DNA of 64,000 nt from an uncultured Gammaproteobacteria bacterium (GTDB taxonomy: Bacteria; Pseudomonadota; Gammaproteobacteria; JAURND01). Under the pieces are notes generated by a model. That model was not told the origin of the DNA, did no database searches, and was given only the letters and a program-made list of their open reading frames with translations. Of this stretch, positions 10,423 through 20,808 are shown in pieces (positions within the stretch are counted from its first letter, which is position 1; each line of letters begins with the position of its first letter). The position numbers were made by a program, and so were the translations under genes. The DNA lies in assembly GCA_963714975.1 (NCBI GenBank), contig CAVQQD010000003.1, positions 32,001-96,000 on the forward strand. The letters are read 5' to 3'.

Positions 10423-11696
10423 ATTAATACTCCCGTTGGTTTTACCCATAAAATTAAACCTTCTCGGCTGGTGACCTGTACGGTATCGCCAACCCTTAAG
10501 CGCTCATGGGATCTTACCTGCCAAAGTTCGCCACGTAAGCGCATCCAGGCTCCTTGCTCTGAAACCTGGGCAATGGTTCCGACGCTGCCGACTAACTCTT
10601 CTTGCCCGCTAACAATTGGCCGTCGACGTGCACGTAACGCCAAACTGCCCACACCCAAGAAAAAAATAATCGCCACCGCCCCAACCGTAAAAATAACTGA
10701 CCAGGCCACCCCAAATCCTGGGACGCCCTTGCCCAATAACAAAATGGAGCCAAAAATCAACGCCACAATCCCACCCAGCGCTAAAGCCCCGCTCGGAAAA
10801 TAAATTTCACCCAGGAAAAACATAACTCCTAAAATTATTAGCGCTAAACCCGCATAATTAATTGGTAATAGTTGAAAGGCATATAGCGCAATCAGCAGTG
10901 CAATGGCGCCAGTTACCCCAGGCAAGACCAGGCCTGGATTTAATAGCTCGAAGAATAGGCCACAAAAACCCAGCAATAATAAGAGATAAGCTATATTCGG
11001 ATTGGTGATCACGCTTAAAAATTGGGTGCGCCAGTCGGGCTGGAGGGTGCGGATTTTCAACCCCAGTGTATCTAGCGCCTGCTGTTGCCCTTGGACAATG
11101 ACTGATTTTCCATTCACAGCACGGAACAAGGTAAAGATATCAGGGGCAATCAGATCGATTACCCGCAACTTGAGTGCTTCTTCAGCAGAGAGACTGGCTG
11201 ACTGTAGCACCGCTTTTTGGGTCCAGGGAATATTACGGCCATGTAACTCGGCCAAGCTGCGCAAATAAGCTAAAGCATCATTTTTCGTTTTGCGCTGTTC
11301 AATGCTTGAAGTACCTAGGCCTGCGCTAACTGGGGTAGCAGCACCGACATTGGTACCCGGAGCCATTGCAGCAATCGCTGAGGCATAAAGGATGTAAGTT
11401 CCGGCACTTGCTGCCCGAGCCCCACTTGGCGCGACGTAGGTAATTACTGGAACTGGACTAATTAAGATATCGTGGATAATGCCGCGCATAGCGGTATCCA
11501 GCCCTCCGGGTGTGTCTAGTTGGAGAATGACAGCCGAAGCTTGTTCTCGTTCAGCTTCTTCTAGTCCTTTGTGGATATAATCTTGGGTTGCCGGGCTAAT
11601 GGCAGTATCAATGACGAGTACGAGGGCAGTGTTGGCTGAAGCAAATCCGAAATTGGCCAAGAAAATTAGCAAAATAAACAAAAGCCATTTTTTCAT
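10419..11696 (-). CDS. nfeD: NfeD family membrane-bound serine protease
   Basis: LDTPGG, RAASAG, GAATPV, C-terminal GELW OB-fold; coupled to slipin. Confidence 0.92.
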   Translation of the reverse strand: MKKWLLFILLIFLANFGFASANTALVLVIDTAISPATQDYIHKGLEEAEREQASAVILQLDTPGGLDTAMRGIIHDILISPVPVITYVAPSGARAASAGTYILYASAIAAMAPGTNVGAATPVSAGLGTSSIEQRKTKNDALAYLRSLAELHGRNIPWTQKAVLQSASLSAEEALKLRVIDLIAPDIFTLFRAVNGKSVIVQGQQQALDTLGLKIRTLQPDWRTQFLSVITNPNIAYLLLLLGFCGLFFELLNPGLVLPGVTGAIALLIALYAFQLLPINYAGLALIILGVMFFLGEIYFPSGALALGGIVALIFGSILLLGKGVPGFGVAWSVIFTVGAVAIIFFLGVGSLALRARRRPIVSGQEELVGSVGTIAQVSEQGAWMRLRGELWQVRSHERLRVGDTVQVTSREGLILWVKPTGVLI

Positions 11697-11778
11697 ATAC
11701 GGATTTTCCTTGACCCGTGATAGCATCACAAACTTATAAGTGCTCAGTACTTTTATTATAGACAAATTTGGAAAGCTT

Positions 11779-12645
11779 ATGATTGCTAGCATGACTGCTT
11801 TTACCCGCTGTAGCGTGCAAAGGGACTGGGGGAGTGCTACCTGGGAACTCCGCAGTGTTAATCACCGTTACTTAGAAATAGACCTAAAGTTACCCGAACA
11901 CTTACGGGCCTTGGAAATGTCTCTGCGTACTTCAGCACAGAACTATTTGTGGCGCGGCAAGTTTGAATGCCATCTTAAATATCAACTTGCCGATGCCTTA
12001 AGTCACTCTTTGATCGTGAATAAAGCACTGGTGTCGAAATTGGCGCAAGCGGCTGATGAAATCAAGGGCTTATGGCCAGGAGCAATTGACACTTCCTTGC
12101 GAACCTTGCTCACCTGGCCTGGGGTATTGCAGGGCATCGAATATAATCAAGAAACCATGCACCAGGACTTACTGCAATTATTTGATGAATCGTTGCAAGA
12201 CTTAGTTGAGATGCGCCAAAGAGAAGGTAAAGCAATTGCCGAGCGTCTTCAGGAGCGCTTGGATCAAGTATTGCTCGAGGCAGCTAAAGTCAAGCAGCGC
12301 TTGCCTGTGGTTACTGCGCAGCAGCGAGCAAAAATTTTGGCGCGAATCAATGAATTTAAGCTGACCATTGACCCCCAACGTTTGGAGGAAGAGCTGCTGC
12401 TATTGATGCAAAAAATGGATGTGGCCGAGGAACTTGAACGCCTAGAAATGCACGTTGCCGAGGTTCGTCAATCTTTACAGTCCACCGCCCCTGTGGGCCG
12501 ACGTCTCGACTTTTTAATGCAGGAATTACATCGCGAAGCCAATACCCTCGGGTCGAAATCCTCTGATTCCGAAGTCACCCATGCCGCGATCCACTTAAAG
12601 GTGTTAATTGAACAGATGCGCGAGCAAGTGCAGAATGTAGAGTGA
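11779..12645 (+). CDS. yicC: YicC family endoribonuclease
   Basis: SMTAF, ELRSVNHRYL, GRRLDFLMQELHREANT, EQMREQVQNVE. Confidence 0.95.
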   Translation: MIASMTAFTRCSVQRDWGSATWELRSVNHRYLEIDLKLPEHLRALEMSLRTSAQNYLWRGKFECHLKYQLADALSHSLIVNKALVSKLAQAADEIKGLWPGAIDTSLRTLLTWPGVLQGIEYNQETMHQDLLQLFDESLQDLVEMRQREGKAIAERLQERLDQVLLEAAKVKQRLPVVTAQQRAKILARINEFKLTIDPQRLEEELLLLMQKMDVAEELERLEMHVAEVRQSLQSTAPVGRRLDFLMQELHREANTLGSKSSDSEVTHAAIHLKVLIEQMREQVQNVE

Positions 12646-12678
12646 GATAGCGAATCAGAAATCCTTAACATTCGCTCC

Positions 12679-12723
12679 AATTTCATGAAAATTGTAACTA
12701 TGACTGACAATTTTCATGAAATT
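12679..12723. promoter_or_regulatory. 17-bp perfect inverted repeat, operator-like
   Basis: aatttcatgaaaattgt-N11-acaattttcatgaaatt; resembles 29755-29808. Confidence 0.5.
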
Positions 12724-12796
12724 AATCGACCAGCCTTTCTAAGCGCCATCAAAGATCGTTTTGAGTAACTATTCACCACATTGCCAAAGTTGGTTC

Positions 12797-12829
12797 TATA
12801 ATATTCCCTTCAGAATACGCCTGTATAGT
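12797..12829 (+). promoter_or_regulatory. Degenerate PmrA-like box plus -10
   Basis: tATAATATT-cc-cTTCAGAAT-N7-TATAGT. Confidence 0.5.
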
Positions 12830-12864
12830 ATTAACAATAATGATTGTGAGGGGAATAGAGGCAA

Positions 12865-13485
12865 ATGCTGGAGCCAAGGGTAGTAGCGAGAAATGAACCA
12901 GGTGCTTATGCCACAATTACTAATGTAGTGAGAAGGATTCTGCTCTCCACCGAAGATGATTGTGTTTCCAATGTGGATCAGGCTGCTGATATAATTACTA
13001 ACAAATTGGAACGCAAATGGGGTCTAGGTGTATTTATAAATTGGTACGGTTGCACTAAAGTTCCAAGTAATATTACGAACAACGCTGCATTGAACGAATG
13101 GTTAACTAAAGAGTTTGAAAAATTCGTATACCAGCTGGGGATTAGTGCGGAATATAAACAGGCGCTACAAAGATTAGAATTACAGTATGACGTGGAGGTT
13201 TCAGTGGAAAAAAAAGTACTTGGTATAGCGGCGGGTGTTTCTTTAGTTTGTTTAGTTTCTTTAGTAATTGCAGATGCAGTAAAAAATGATTTCGAACTAA
13301 CCAAAAAAATATTAGGTATAGACTCTAATTATGCCGGAACCTATGTCTTGGGAGGATTGGTGCTTGGGGCCGCATTAATTGCGCTTTATTTTTTTTATCA
13401 CGCTCGCCCGGATGATCCTATCCTTTTTCAATTCACTGATCAGGACGTTGATGACTCCGATGACTCCCTTGTCAATTACACATGA
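12865..13485 (+). CDS. Hypothetical protein with C-terminal TM hairpin, candidate effector
   Basis: Two TM helices flanking DAVKNDFELTKKILGIDSNY; acidic tail; paralog of 13641-14417. Confidence 0.75.
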   Translation: MLEPRVVARNEPGAYATITNVVRRILLSTEDDCVSNVDQAADIITNKLERKWGLGVFINWYGCTKVPSNITNNAALNEWLTKEFEKFVYQLGISAEYKQALQRLELQYDVEVSVEKKVLGIAAGVSLVCLVSLVIADAVKNDFELTKKILGIDSNYAGTYVLGGLVLGAALIALYFFYHARPDDPILFQFTDQDVDDSDDSLVNYT

Positions 13486-13506
13486 CATTGGTTCTATATA
13501 GAATCT

Positions 13507-13557
13507 AGTGGGTAATACATCCTTCTCCCACAAGGGGAGAAGGATGTATTACCCACT
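13507..13557. repeat. Perfect 23-bp hairpin with family A core
   Basis: agtgggtaatacatccttctccc-acaag-gggagaaggatgtattacccact. Confidence 0.8.
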
Positions 13558-13640
13558 CAAAACTTCATAGAGCCCAAATTTTCAGCTGCCATGCCTCTTG
13601 CAATGGCAGTGTGTTTTCATGAAATAGAGAGGTATCTGAT

Positions 13641-14417
13641 ATGGAACAAAAGCCACGCAAGCGAATAGAGTTATTGAATCCAGAAACAGTGTCCGGAGGA
13701 AATAGTGGCAATACAGAGGTCCGAGGTCTCGCCAGTGCTGTTTATGAAGCATTAAAGAAGCATAACTTGGCAAGGTCGTACGGTCGTTCTATTGTGCAAA
13801 AATTGGGCATACCGAATGAAGAAGCTTTAAAAGAATTAGCTACAGTTCTTTTGGAACAAGCAGAGGCCCCGTCAGTTGATGATCAACCAGTTTGGAGCGC
13901 GCAGAAGGACGCTGAGGTTAGGAAAAATTTTGAAGATTTTATCTATAAATGGGACCTTAATGATGAATATAGACAGGCATTTTCCGGATCCGGTTCAAGG
14001 TTGTTTGTTGAAGTAGATCCACCTATTCAGCCTAAGCCCCACACAAAGCAGGAAAAAAGTCCTGAAGCAAAATTTTTTCTTTTAACAAACACTGCATCGC
14101 AACAAATAAACCCAGTTACTCCCTCTTGTTCTATTCCAGTTAAAAAAATTGTACTTGGATTCGCGGTGATGAGCGTTGCTGCTGTTATTGCTTTAGTAGT
14201 TGTAGATGCAGTGAAAAATGATTTTGAGATGACTAAGAAAATTTTGGGTATAGACTCTAATTATACGGGAACCGTTGTAATAGCGGGTGTATTGTTTGCC
14301 GCTGCGCTTTTTGCTTTTTGTATTAAATGTAATAAACGCCCTGAAGAAAAGCCTATAGCTAAGCAGGTCCTGGAGGGCGGTTTCACAATTACAAATCCCT
14401 TATTAGACTCAAGATAA
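13641..14417 (+). CDS. Hypothetical protein with C-terminal TM hairpin, candidate effector
   Basis: GAGGT RBS; DAVKNDFEMTKKILGIDSNY between two TM helices. Confidence 0.75.
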   Translation: MEQKPRKRIELLNPETVSGGNSGNTEVRGLASAVYEALKKHNLARSYGRSIVQKLGIPNEEALKELATVLLEQAEAPSVDDQPVWSAQKDAEVRKNFEDFIYKWDLNDEYRQAFSGSGSRLFVEVDPPIQPKPHTKQEKSPEAKFFLLTNTASQQINPVTPSCSIPVKKIVLGFAVMSVAAVIALVVVDAVKNDFEMTKKILGIDSNYTGTVVIAGVLFAAALFAFCIKCNKRPEEKPIAKQVLEGGFTITNPLLDSR

Positions 14418-14460
14418 AGGTGAAAGAGAATTTCTACTGCTTGAGCTCCCTTTCCTTTCT

Positions 14461-14507
14461 CCCCTCATCCGGCCTACGGCCACCTTCTCCCACAAGGAGA
14501 GAAGGAA
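14461..14507. repeat. Family A half element
   Basis: cccctcatccggcctacggccaccttctcccacaaggagagaagg. Confidence 0.75.
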
Positions 14508-14531
14508 TGGTGCGGTAAGAGAAGATAGTTA

Positions 14532-15515
14532 TTACAACTCACAAATTGTTTTATTGATTTGTAGTAGCTCACCCTCATTAAAGCTGCGGGCGGCGCCGTT
14601 GGGGTCTGGGAAGGGGACAGCCCTAAGTTCTTCATTCTGCATGACAATCATTTTTTGGGTTTCGCCTTTGACTAGGGTTTCTATGGCATGATAGCCCATC
14701 AAGGAAGCAATTTTTCGGTCCTTCACCGTCGGGGAGCCGCCGCGCTGAATATGGCCCAAGACGCACACTTTATAGCTGATGCCACTGCGCGCTTTGATCT
14801 CTTCGGCTAAAGCAAAACTACGGCCGGGTTGGCCTGCTTCTGCGACGACAATAATAGAGGCTAACTTTTTGCGTTTACGGCTTTGAATGCGGCTCACTAA
14901 TTCTGAGATGGGCATAGGAATTTCTGGGATTAAGGTAAATTCAGCACCGCCAGCAATGCCGACATCTACGGCTAAAAAACCTGCAGCACGGCCCATGACT
15001 TCGACCAGAAAATGGCGGTTTAAACTAAAAGCGGTATCACGAATTTTATCAATCGCTTGCAAGGCGGTATTGCAAGCAGTATCAAAACCGATGCTGTAAT
15101 CAGTTCCCGGGATATCGTTATCAATGGTACAGGGAATGCCCACGGTTTTTGGGCCACCTTCTCGCTCGAGTAAGGCACCGCCACGAAAACTGCCGTCCCC
15201 CCCTAAGATAGTAATGGCGTCAATCCCTAATAAATTGAGATAATTTCGGCATTCATCTCGCACTGATTTCTCCAAAAAAGCAGTACAACGACCGGTTTTA
15301 AGGATCGTGCCGCCACGTTGGATGCAATTGGCCGCATCGCGAGAGGTCAGCTGGAAAACTTTTTTATCAATCAGCCCTTGGTAGCCATCTTCAGCGCCGA
15401 ACACGTCAATTCCGTGTGAAAGGGCCGTCCGCAACGCAGCTCGAATACCGGCATTCATGCCTGGGGCGTCGCCTCCAGAGGTAATAATGAGTAATTTTTT
15501 AATTGGGTTAGACAT
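14532..15515 (-). CDS. pfkA: ATP-dependent 6-phosphofructokinase
   Basis: TSGGDAPGMN, GGDGS, TIDND, EVMGR, GHIQRGG. Confidence 0.95.
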   Translation of the reverse strand: MSNPIKKLLIITSGGDAPGMNAGIRAALRTALSHGIDVFGAEDGYQGLIDKKVFQLTSRDAANCIQRGGTILKTGRCTAFLEKSVRDECRNYLNLLGIDAITILGGDGSFRGGALLEREGGPKTVGIPCTIDNDIPGTDYSIGFDTACNTALQAIDKIRDTAFSLNRHFLVEVMGRAAGFLAVDVGIAGGAEFTLIPEIPMPISELVSRIQSRKRKKLASIIVVAEAGQPGRSFALAEEIKARSGISYKVCVLGHIQRGGSPTVKDRKIASLMGYHAIETLVKGETQKMIVMQNEELRAVPFPDPNGAARSFNEGELLQINKTICEL

Positions 15516-17076
15516 AGTTTGTACCTAATACGATTAAGGCTGCCAAAACAAGCGTACATCCTACTCCGAGCCAGAAATATTTCAAACCAGTTTTGGTGAC
15601 TTTTTTACTGGCGGCACGTTGTTGCCAGGTCTGCATTAATTGTAGCGACTTTTGCTGCTCTAAGACGTCATAACATAGGCTCGGCAAAGCGATTAACTTT
15701 TCGATTAAAAAAGGGCCTTGCTGGTAAAGAGTTTTTAAATTAGTTTTGAGATTGTAGCGCTGTTTCATCCAGCGTTCCAAAAAAGGCTTGCCAGTAGTCC
15801 ATAAGTCAAGTTCGGGATACAGGCGACGTCCCAGGCCTTCAATATTTAACAAAGTTTTTTGCAATAAAAACAGTTGCGGTTGTACCTCCATATTAAAGCG
15901 GCTCGCTGTTTGAAATAAGTTCAGCAATAATTGCGCAAAAGAAATATCTCGCAACGGTTTTTCAAAAATGGGTTCACAGACCCCGCGAATAGCGGATTCA
16001 AATTGCTCAATGCGGGTATCGGGTGGAATCCACCCGGAAGCCACATGCAATACGGCAACTTGACGATAGTCACGCTTAAAAAAGGCGAGTAAATTTTGTG
16101 CAAGATAATGCTGATCCTTGGGGCTTAAGGATCCCATGATGCCAAAATCGACCGCGATATAACGGGGTTCGGTAGGCTGGTTTTTGGCGACAAAAATATT
16201 TCCGGGGTGCATATCGGCATGGAAAAAATTATCTCGGAATACTTGAGTAAAAAAAATTTCGACGCCACCTTTGGCTAATTTTTCTAAGTTGATGTCAGCG
16301 GCCGTTAATGCGGCCATATCGGAGATGGGAATACCTGAGATACGCTCCATCACGATAATAGTCGGGGTGGTATAGGCCCAGTAAATTTCGGGGACATAGA
16401 GCAAGGAAGAATGGGCAAAATTGCGGCGCAATTGTGAAGCATTGGCTGCCTCACGTAAAAAATCTAATTCATCGGTAATGGTATTTTCAAATTCTGCTAC
16501 TAGGGCACGTGCGCGTAGCCGGCGACCATGCGACCAGAAACGTTCTGCCAACTTGGCAATGGTATACAGTAAGCCTAAATCCCGTTGAATCGTTTTTCTA
16601 AGGTGTGGGCGCTGAATTTTGACGACGACTTTCCGCCCATCAAACAAAGTGGCCGCATGAACTTGGGCAATCGAGGCTGAAGCGATGGGGGTGGTGGAAA
16701 ATTGACAAAAAATTTCGTTCAGCGGGCGACGAAAAGCTTGCTCAAGCAGTTGTTGGGCTATTTCTGCAGCAAAGGGTGGCACTTGATCCTGAAGTTTTTC
16801 AAGCTCAAGGATAATATCTTCCGGTAACAAGTCGTAGCGGGTTGATAATATCTGGCCAAATTTTACAAAAATAGGACCTAAGTCTTCTAGCGCCAAACGG
16901 ATCGATTCTCCTCGCGAGCGTTTTTGTAAGCGCCAATTCCACGGGTTTAAGTGTCCTAGAAATCGTATGGGTGAAAATAATGGGGTCGATAATACGACAC
17001 GATCAAGGCCCCGACGGATGATCACGTAGTTAATATAAAATAAGCGGAATAATTGTGCTGGGCGTTTCAATATCAC
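15508..17076 (-). CDS. ubiB: Ubiquinone biosynthesis kinase-like protein
   Basis: LGPIFVKFGQ, ASIAQVH, FFHADMHPGN, DFGIMG. Confidence 0.95.
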   Translation of the reverse strand: MILKRPAQLFRLFYINYVIIRRGLDRVVLSTPLFSPIRFLGHLNPWNWRLQKRSRGESIRLALEDLGPIFVKFGQILSTRYDLLPEDIILELEKLQDQVPPFAAEIAQQLLEQAFRRPLNEIFCQFSTTPIASASIAQVHAATLFDGRKVVVKIQRPHLRKTIQRDLGLLYTIAKLAERFWSHGRRLRARALVAEFENTITDELDFLREAANASQLRRNFAHSSLLYVPEIYWAYTTPTIIVMERISGIPISDMAALTAADINLEKLAKGGVEIFFTQVFRDNFFHADMHPGNIFVAKNQPTEPRYIAVDFGIMGSLSPKDQHYLAQNLLAFFKRDYRQVAVLHVASGWIPPDTRIEQFESAIRGVCEPIFEKPLRDISFAQLLLNLFQTASRFNMEVQPQLFLLQKTLLNIEGLGRRLYPELDLWTTGKPFLERWMKQRYNLKTNLKTLYQQGPFLIEKLIALPSLCYDVLEQQKSLQLMQTWQQRAASKKVTKTGLKYFWLGVGCTLVLAALIVLGTNYV

Positions 17077-17101
17077 TCCTTCTCATAAACCCTTGACATC
17101 A

Positions 17102-17233
17102 TTCCTTCTCCCCTTGTGGGAGAAGGTGCCGAAGGCGGATGAGGGGTAAGCCCGAATTAGCACCCCTCTATAACCCCTTGACATCACCCCTCATCCGGCC
17201 TGCAGCCACCTTCTCCCACAAGGGGAGAAGAAA
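17102..17233. repeat. Family A doublet element overlapping the ubiJ 3' end
   Basis: Inverted arms ccttctccccttgtgggagaaggtg...gatgagggg / cccctcatcc...caccttctcccacaaggggagaag. Confidence 0.85.
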
Positions 17234-17813
17234 TAATGTTAAGGCTTATTCGTTCGACATCATTTTGCAGGGTCTGAATGTCAGCAAAAAAGTCTTCTAC
17301 TTCCTCAGGGCTGGGAAAGAGCTGAGCCTCTTTTTGTAAGTATTCTGTCACTTGGGTCGTTAAATTGTCGATCGTTTCCTGGCCTTTTTGCCTAGTCATG
17401 CGAAAGATTTTACCCATTTCATGTGCCAAGGTGTCTCCCACGGCCTGAGATAGCAATTCTTCCCATTCAATCTCAAACTGCTGAAAAACTTGCACTAATT
17501 TTTGTGCTAATCCCACATCACCGGTTATTCTCAATTCTTTCCCTAATAAAATAGTTTCCGCAGGGTTGCTTGCTACCGCACGCAGTAAGGTGAGCGGCGG
17601 CGCCGCAATTGTAGTATCTACCTCGCCCTCGTAATAATTTTGCAATGCCAATCCTTGGGGCCCAGGGAAAAGATAAAAAGCCAGCTCCCAATCCACAAGC
17701 TCCAGCTTGATGATTTTGCCGTCCAGCTGACGCAGACGATCTTGGCTTTGCGGATCGAGCCTAAGATAGCGCTGGAGGAAGTGTTCGATAGCCATAGTTA
17801 GAAAAGTCATCAT
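17184..17813 (-). CDS. ubiJ: Ubiquinone biosynthesis protein UbiJ (SCP2 domain), repeat-derived C-terminus
   Basis: Between ubiE and ubiB; [18 protein letters not shown]; ends [15 protein letters not shown]. Confidence 0.85.
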   Translation of the reverse strand: MMTFLTMAIEHFLQRYLRLDPQSQDRLRQLDGKIIKLELVDWELAFYLFPGPQGLALQNYYEGEVDTTIAAPPLTLLRAVASNPAETILLGKELRITGDVGLAQKLVQVFQQFEIEWEELLSQAVGDTLAHEMGKIFRMTRQKGQETIDNLTTQVTEYLQKEAQLFPSPEEVEDFFADIQTLQNDVERISLNIISSPLVGEGGCRPDEG

Positions 17814-18577
17814 GACTTATATCCTTTATGGACCGCCACAATGCCTCCAGCCAAGTTGTAATATTGGCAATCATCAAAGCCTGCATGCAGCATCATTTCC
17901 TTTAGCGTTTCTTGGTCTGGATGGCGCCGAATTGATTCTGCTAAATAACGGTAACTTGCTGCATCATTTAAAACTACCCGCCCTAGCCACGGTAAAACGT
18001 GGAAAGAATAAGCATCATACCATGGCACTAGGGATGGGATGGTAGGCTTGGAGAATTCCAAAATAATGAGTTTTCCTCCTGGCTTTAACACGCGCCACAT
18101 GGCATGTAGCGCCACTTCTTTGCGCGCGACATTACGTAAGCCAAAGGCAATGGTCAGCAAATCAAAATAATCGTCAGGGAATGGCAGTAGTTCTGCGTTA
18201 GCCTGCACGTAGCTGATATTTCCTGCAATGCCGGCATCAATTAGACGATCACGGCCTCGTGCCAACATTGCTTGATTAATATCGGCCAATATCACCTGCC
18301 CCGTGTCGCCTACTCGTTGCGCGAGCTTCATACTCAAATCGCCGGTGCCCCCCGCCAAATCTAGGACTTGTTGGCCAGGTTTGGCGCTAGCGAGTTCGAG
18401 AGCAAATCGTTTCCATAAGCGATGGGCACCTAGAGACATCAAATCATTCATCAGGTCATACTTCGGTGCCACTTTAGAAAAAATTTCTGCAACCTTGGCG
18501 GTTTTTTCCGCAACAGGAATTTTTTGGAAACCGAAATCGGTCTCGTGCGGCGTCTGGGAATCTGATTTTTTTGGCAT
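17810..18577 (-). CDS. ubiE: Ubiquinone/menaquinone C-methyltransferase
   Basis: [39 protein letters not shown]. Confidence 0.95.
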   Translation of the reverse strand: MPKKSDSQTPHETDFGFQKIPVAEKTAKVAEIFSKVAPKYDLMNDLMSLGAHRLWKRFALELASAKPGQQVLDLAGGTGDLSMKLAQRVGDTGQVILADINQAMLARGRDRLIDAGIAGNISYVQANAELLPFPDDYFDLLTIAFGLRNVARKEVALHAMWRVLKPGGKLIILEFSKPTIPSLVPWYDAYSFHVLPWLGRVVLNDAASYRYLAESIRRHPDQETLKEMMLHAGFDDCQYYNLAGGIVAVHKGYKS

Positions 18578-18578
18578 A

Positions 18579-19400
18579 TTATTTCCTAGGGATAACCAGC
18601 ACCCAATCGGCAATGGGAGTGTAGCTTGGAATCTGCAAGGTAAAATTGGGCATTTGTGCATAGAGTTGGGTGGAATGCCCGCCGTCGAAGTTAATGGCAT
18701 TGAGGCAGTCCAATCCCCCTTCTTGAGGCTTGTCCCGCATAATACGTGCTAATTCGGTGGTGGAAAGTAATAGGTTCTCCGTGGCTAGCAAAATTATCTT
18801 GCCAGAGCGGGTGATGCCTATGGCAGTTCGATAATCAATTTTTGGGTTAAAAGCGGGAATAATGTCGTTGATAATCAAACGAGGACCGCTTTGAATGGCA
18901 AAGTCAATCTCGGGGTTAGACACAAAATCCCGTTGGGCAACAATATGCGCCTGCTCTTTTTGGATATAAAAAACCCCCCACCAAGGGGTGGACTTTATTG
19001 GACTTAATTGCTGGCTAGTGCTGATCAGCAATCCCAGAGGAGTAAGCTCGGGGGTAAAAAAACCGCCATTAACTGTTAGTATGGCCTGATGTGCCGATAA
19101 TAATGCCCGCGGGTCGGTGGCTGCTTGCTTTGGATCAGCAATGGCGATCTTAAACTGATTTTGCCCAAGATCAATTCGAAAAGCATGTAAATTTCCCCCT
19201 GGAAAATTAGGGTAATTACTTAGCTGCGTGTACTCAATGCCTGGCGCTATTTCTTTCCAGTTGACAGGATTTGCCCCAACCCAGCTTGAGATCAATAGCA
19301 ACCATAAACCTAAGATGGATTTGAAACATATAACACTTCCCGCGCGGCAGGACCCGTCGGGTCTCAGGGCTTTAGCGGGAATTCTGATCAGTTTTTGCAT
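18579..19400 (-). CDS. Phosphodiester glycosidase family (NAGPA/DUF2233) protein
   Basis: [25 protein letters not shown]; signal peptide preceded by repeat-derived peptide; true start uncertain. Confidence 0.8.
   Translation of the reverse strand: MQKLIRIPAKALRPDGSCRAGSVICFKSILGLWLLLISSWVGANPVNWKEIAPGIEYTQLSNYPNFPGGNLHAFRIDLGQNQFKIAIADPKQAATDPRALLSAHQAILTVNGGFFTPELTPLGLLISTSQQLSPIKSTPWWGVFYIQKEQAHIVAQRDFVSNPEIDFAIQSGPRLIINDIIPAFNPKIDYRTAIGITRSGKIILLATENLLLSTTELARIMRDKPQEGGLDCLNAINFDGGHSTQLYAQMPNFTLQIPSYTPIADWVLVIPRK
19339..19390. repeat. Family B half element at the 5' end of the glycosidase gene
   Basis: cccgcgcggcaggacccgtcgg...agcgggaattctgatc; encodes PDGSCRAG, cf. SDGSCRAG in rsmB. Confidence 0.75.
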
Positions 19401-19443
19401 ATTTCTATAAACGAAAATTAGTTTTCAAGGCATAATGTATTGC

Positions 19444-20808
19444 ATGTCAACTTTATACGCAAACAGAAATGGATTGCAAGTCATTGTCGGCTTGGGGGAG
19501 ACTGGCTTGTCTTGTGTTCGCTACTTAAAGCAACAACAGTACCACCAGATTGCGGTCACCGATAGTCGAGCGGATCCGCCTGCTCGAGCGCAGCTCCAAG
19601 CCGAGTTCCCGGAAATTTCGCTGTGTTTAGGGCGGATCGATGCAGCGTTGTGCTTACGTGCGGAGCGACTGCTGGTCAGCCCGGGGATTGCTTTGCAAGA
19701 ACCTGCTATTGCTCAAGCTTTGCAGCAAGGAATTGCTGTGTTAGGTGATGTCGAACTCTTTGCGCAACAAAATAAAGTCCCGGTAATTGCTATCACGGGT
19801 TCCAACGGTAAAAGTACGGTCACCACTCTGGTTGGGGAAATGGGGCGTGCCGCGGGACTTCGGGTTGGGGTCGGCGGCAACTTGGGTCCCCCCGTGCTCA
19901 ATTTCCTGGCTGAATCCTACGATCTGTTCGTTTTGGAATTATCCAGTTTCCAATTAGAGACTACGGTTTCGCTGGCGAGCAAAACGGCGACAATTCTCAA
20001 TATCAGCGAAGATCACATGGATCGTTATGCCTCTTTGGCTGAGTATTTACAAGCCAAGCAAGTTATTTACCGGAATTGCGGCTTAGCCATCATCAATCGC
20101 GATGATTCTCAGGTATGGGCCAACTTAGACCTGGCGCATAGCTTGAGTTTTGGTCTTCAACTTGCCTCAGCTCCCCACTTTGGGTTAACGCAAAAACAGG
20201 GCCAGACCTTTCTGGCCCACGGTCAGGAGTGTTTACTCGCGGTGACTGAGCTCAAATTAAAAGGACGGCATCAGCTGGCGAATGCCCTGGCTGCCTTAGC
20301 ATTGGGTTACGGAGCTGGTTTACCCCGCAGCGCCATGCTGCAAGCCTTGCGGGAATTTCCAGGATTACCTCATCGTTGCCAATGGGTAGCTGATATTCAG
20401 GGGGTCCATTGGTACAACGACTCAAAGGCTACCAATGTTGGGGCAGCGCTGGCCGCTTTAGAAGGTCTGGGCGCCGATATTCCTGGTAAACTCATGGTGA
20501 TCGCTGGGGGGTTAGGTAAAAATGCCGACTTTTCGCCCCTGCGCAAGGTGCTATCACGATATGCCCGCGGATTAATTCTGATCGGCCAAGATGCGCCACG
20601 GATGGCTACTAGTTTGGCAGGCAGTACTCCGATTCAGAGGGCAACTAGTTTGCCCCAAGCTATCCACTTGGCTCGCCAACAAGCTCAAGCAGGCGATGCA
20701 GTGATTTTGGCGCCAGCTTGTGCGAGTTATGATATGTTTAAAAATTTCGAGCATCGAGGAGAATCTTTTATGGCCGCTGTTCAGGAGCTTCGCAATGAAA
20801 CTGCGTAA
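19444..20808 (+). CDS. murD: UDP-MurNAc-L-Ala:D-Glu ligase
   Basis: GLGETG, SPG, ITGSNGKSTVT, ELSSFQLE, NDSKATN. Confidence 0.95.
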   Translation: MSTLYANRNGLQVIVGLGETGLSCVRYLKQQQYHQIAVTDSRADPPARAQLQAEFPEISLCLGRIDAALCLRAERLLVSPGIALQEPAIAQALQQGIAVLGDVELFAQQNKVPVIAITGSNGKSTVTTLVGEMGRAAGLRVGVGGNLGPPVLNFLAESYDLFVLELSSFQLETTVSLASKTATILNISEDHMDRYASLAEYLQAKQVIYRNCGLAIINRDDSQVWANLDLAHSLSFGLQLASAPHFGLTQKQGQTFLAHGQECLLAVTELKLKGRHQLANALAALALGYGAGLPRSAMLQALREFPGLPHRCQWVADIQGVHWYNDSKATNVGAALAALEGLGADIPGKLMVIAGGLGKNADFSPLRKVLSRYARGLILIGQDAPRMATSLAGSTPIQRATSLPQAIHLARQQAQAGDAVILAPACASYDMFKNFEHRGESFMAAVQELRNETA

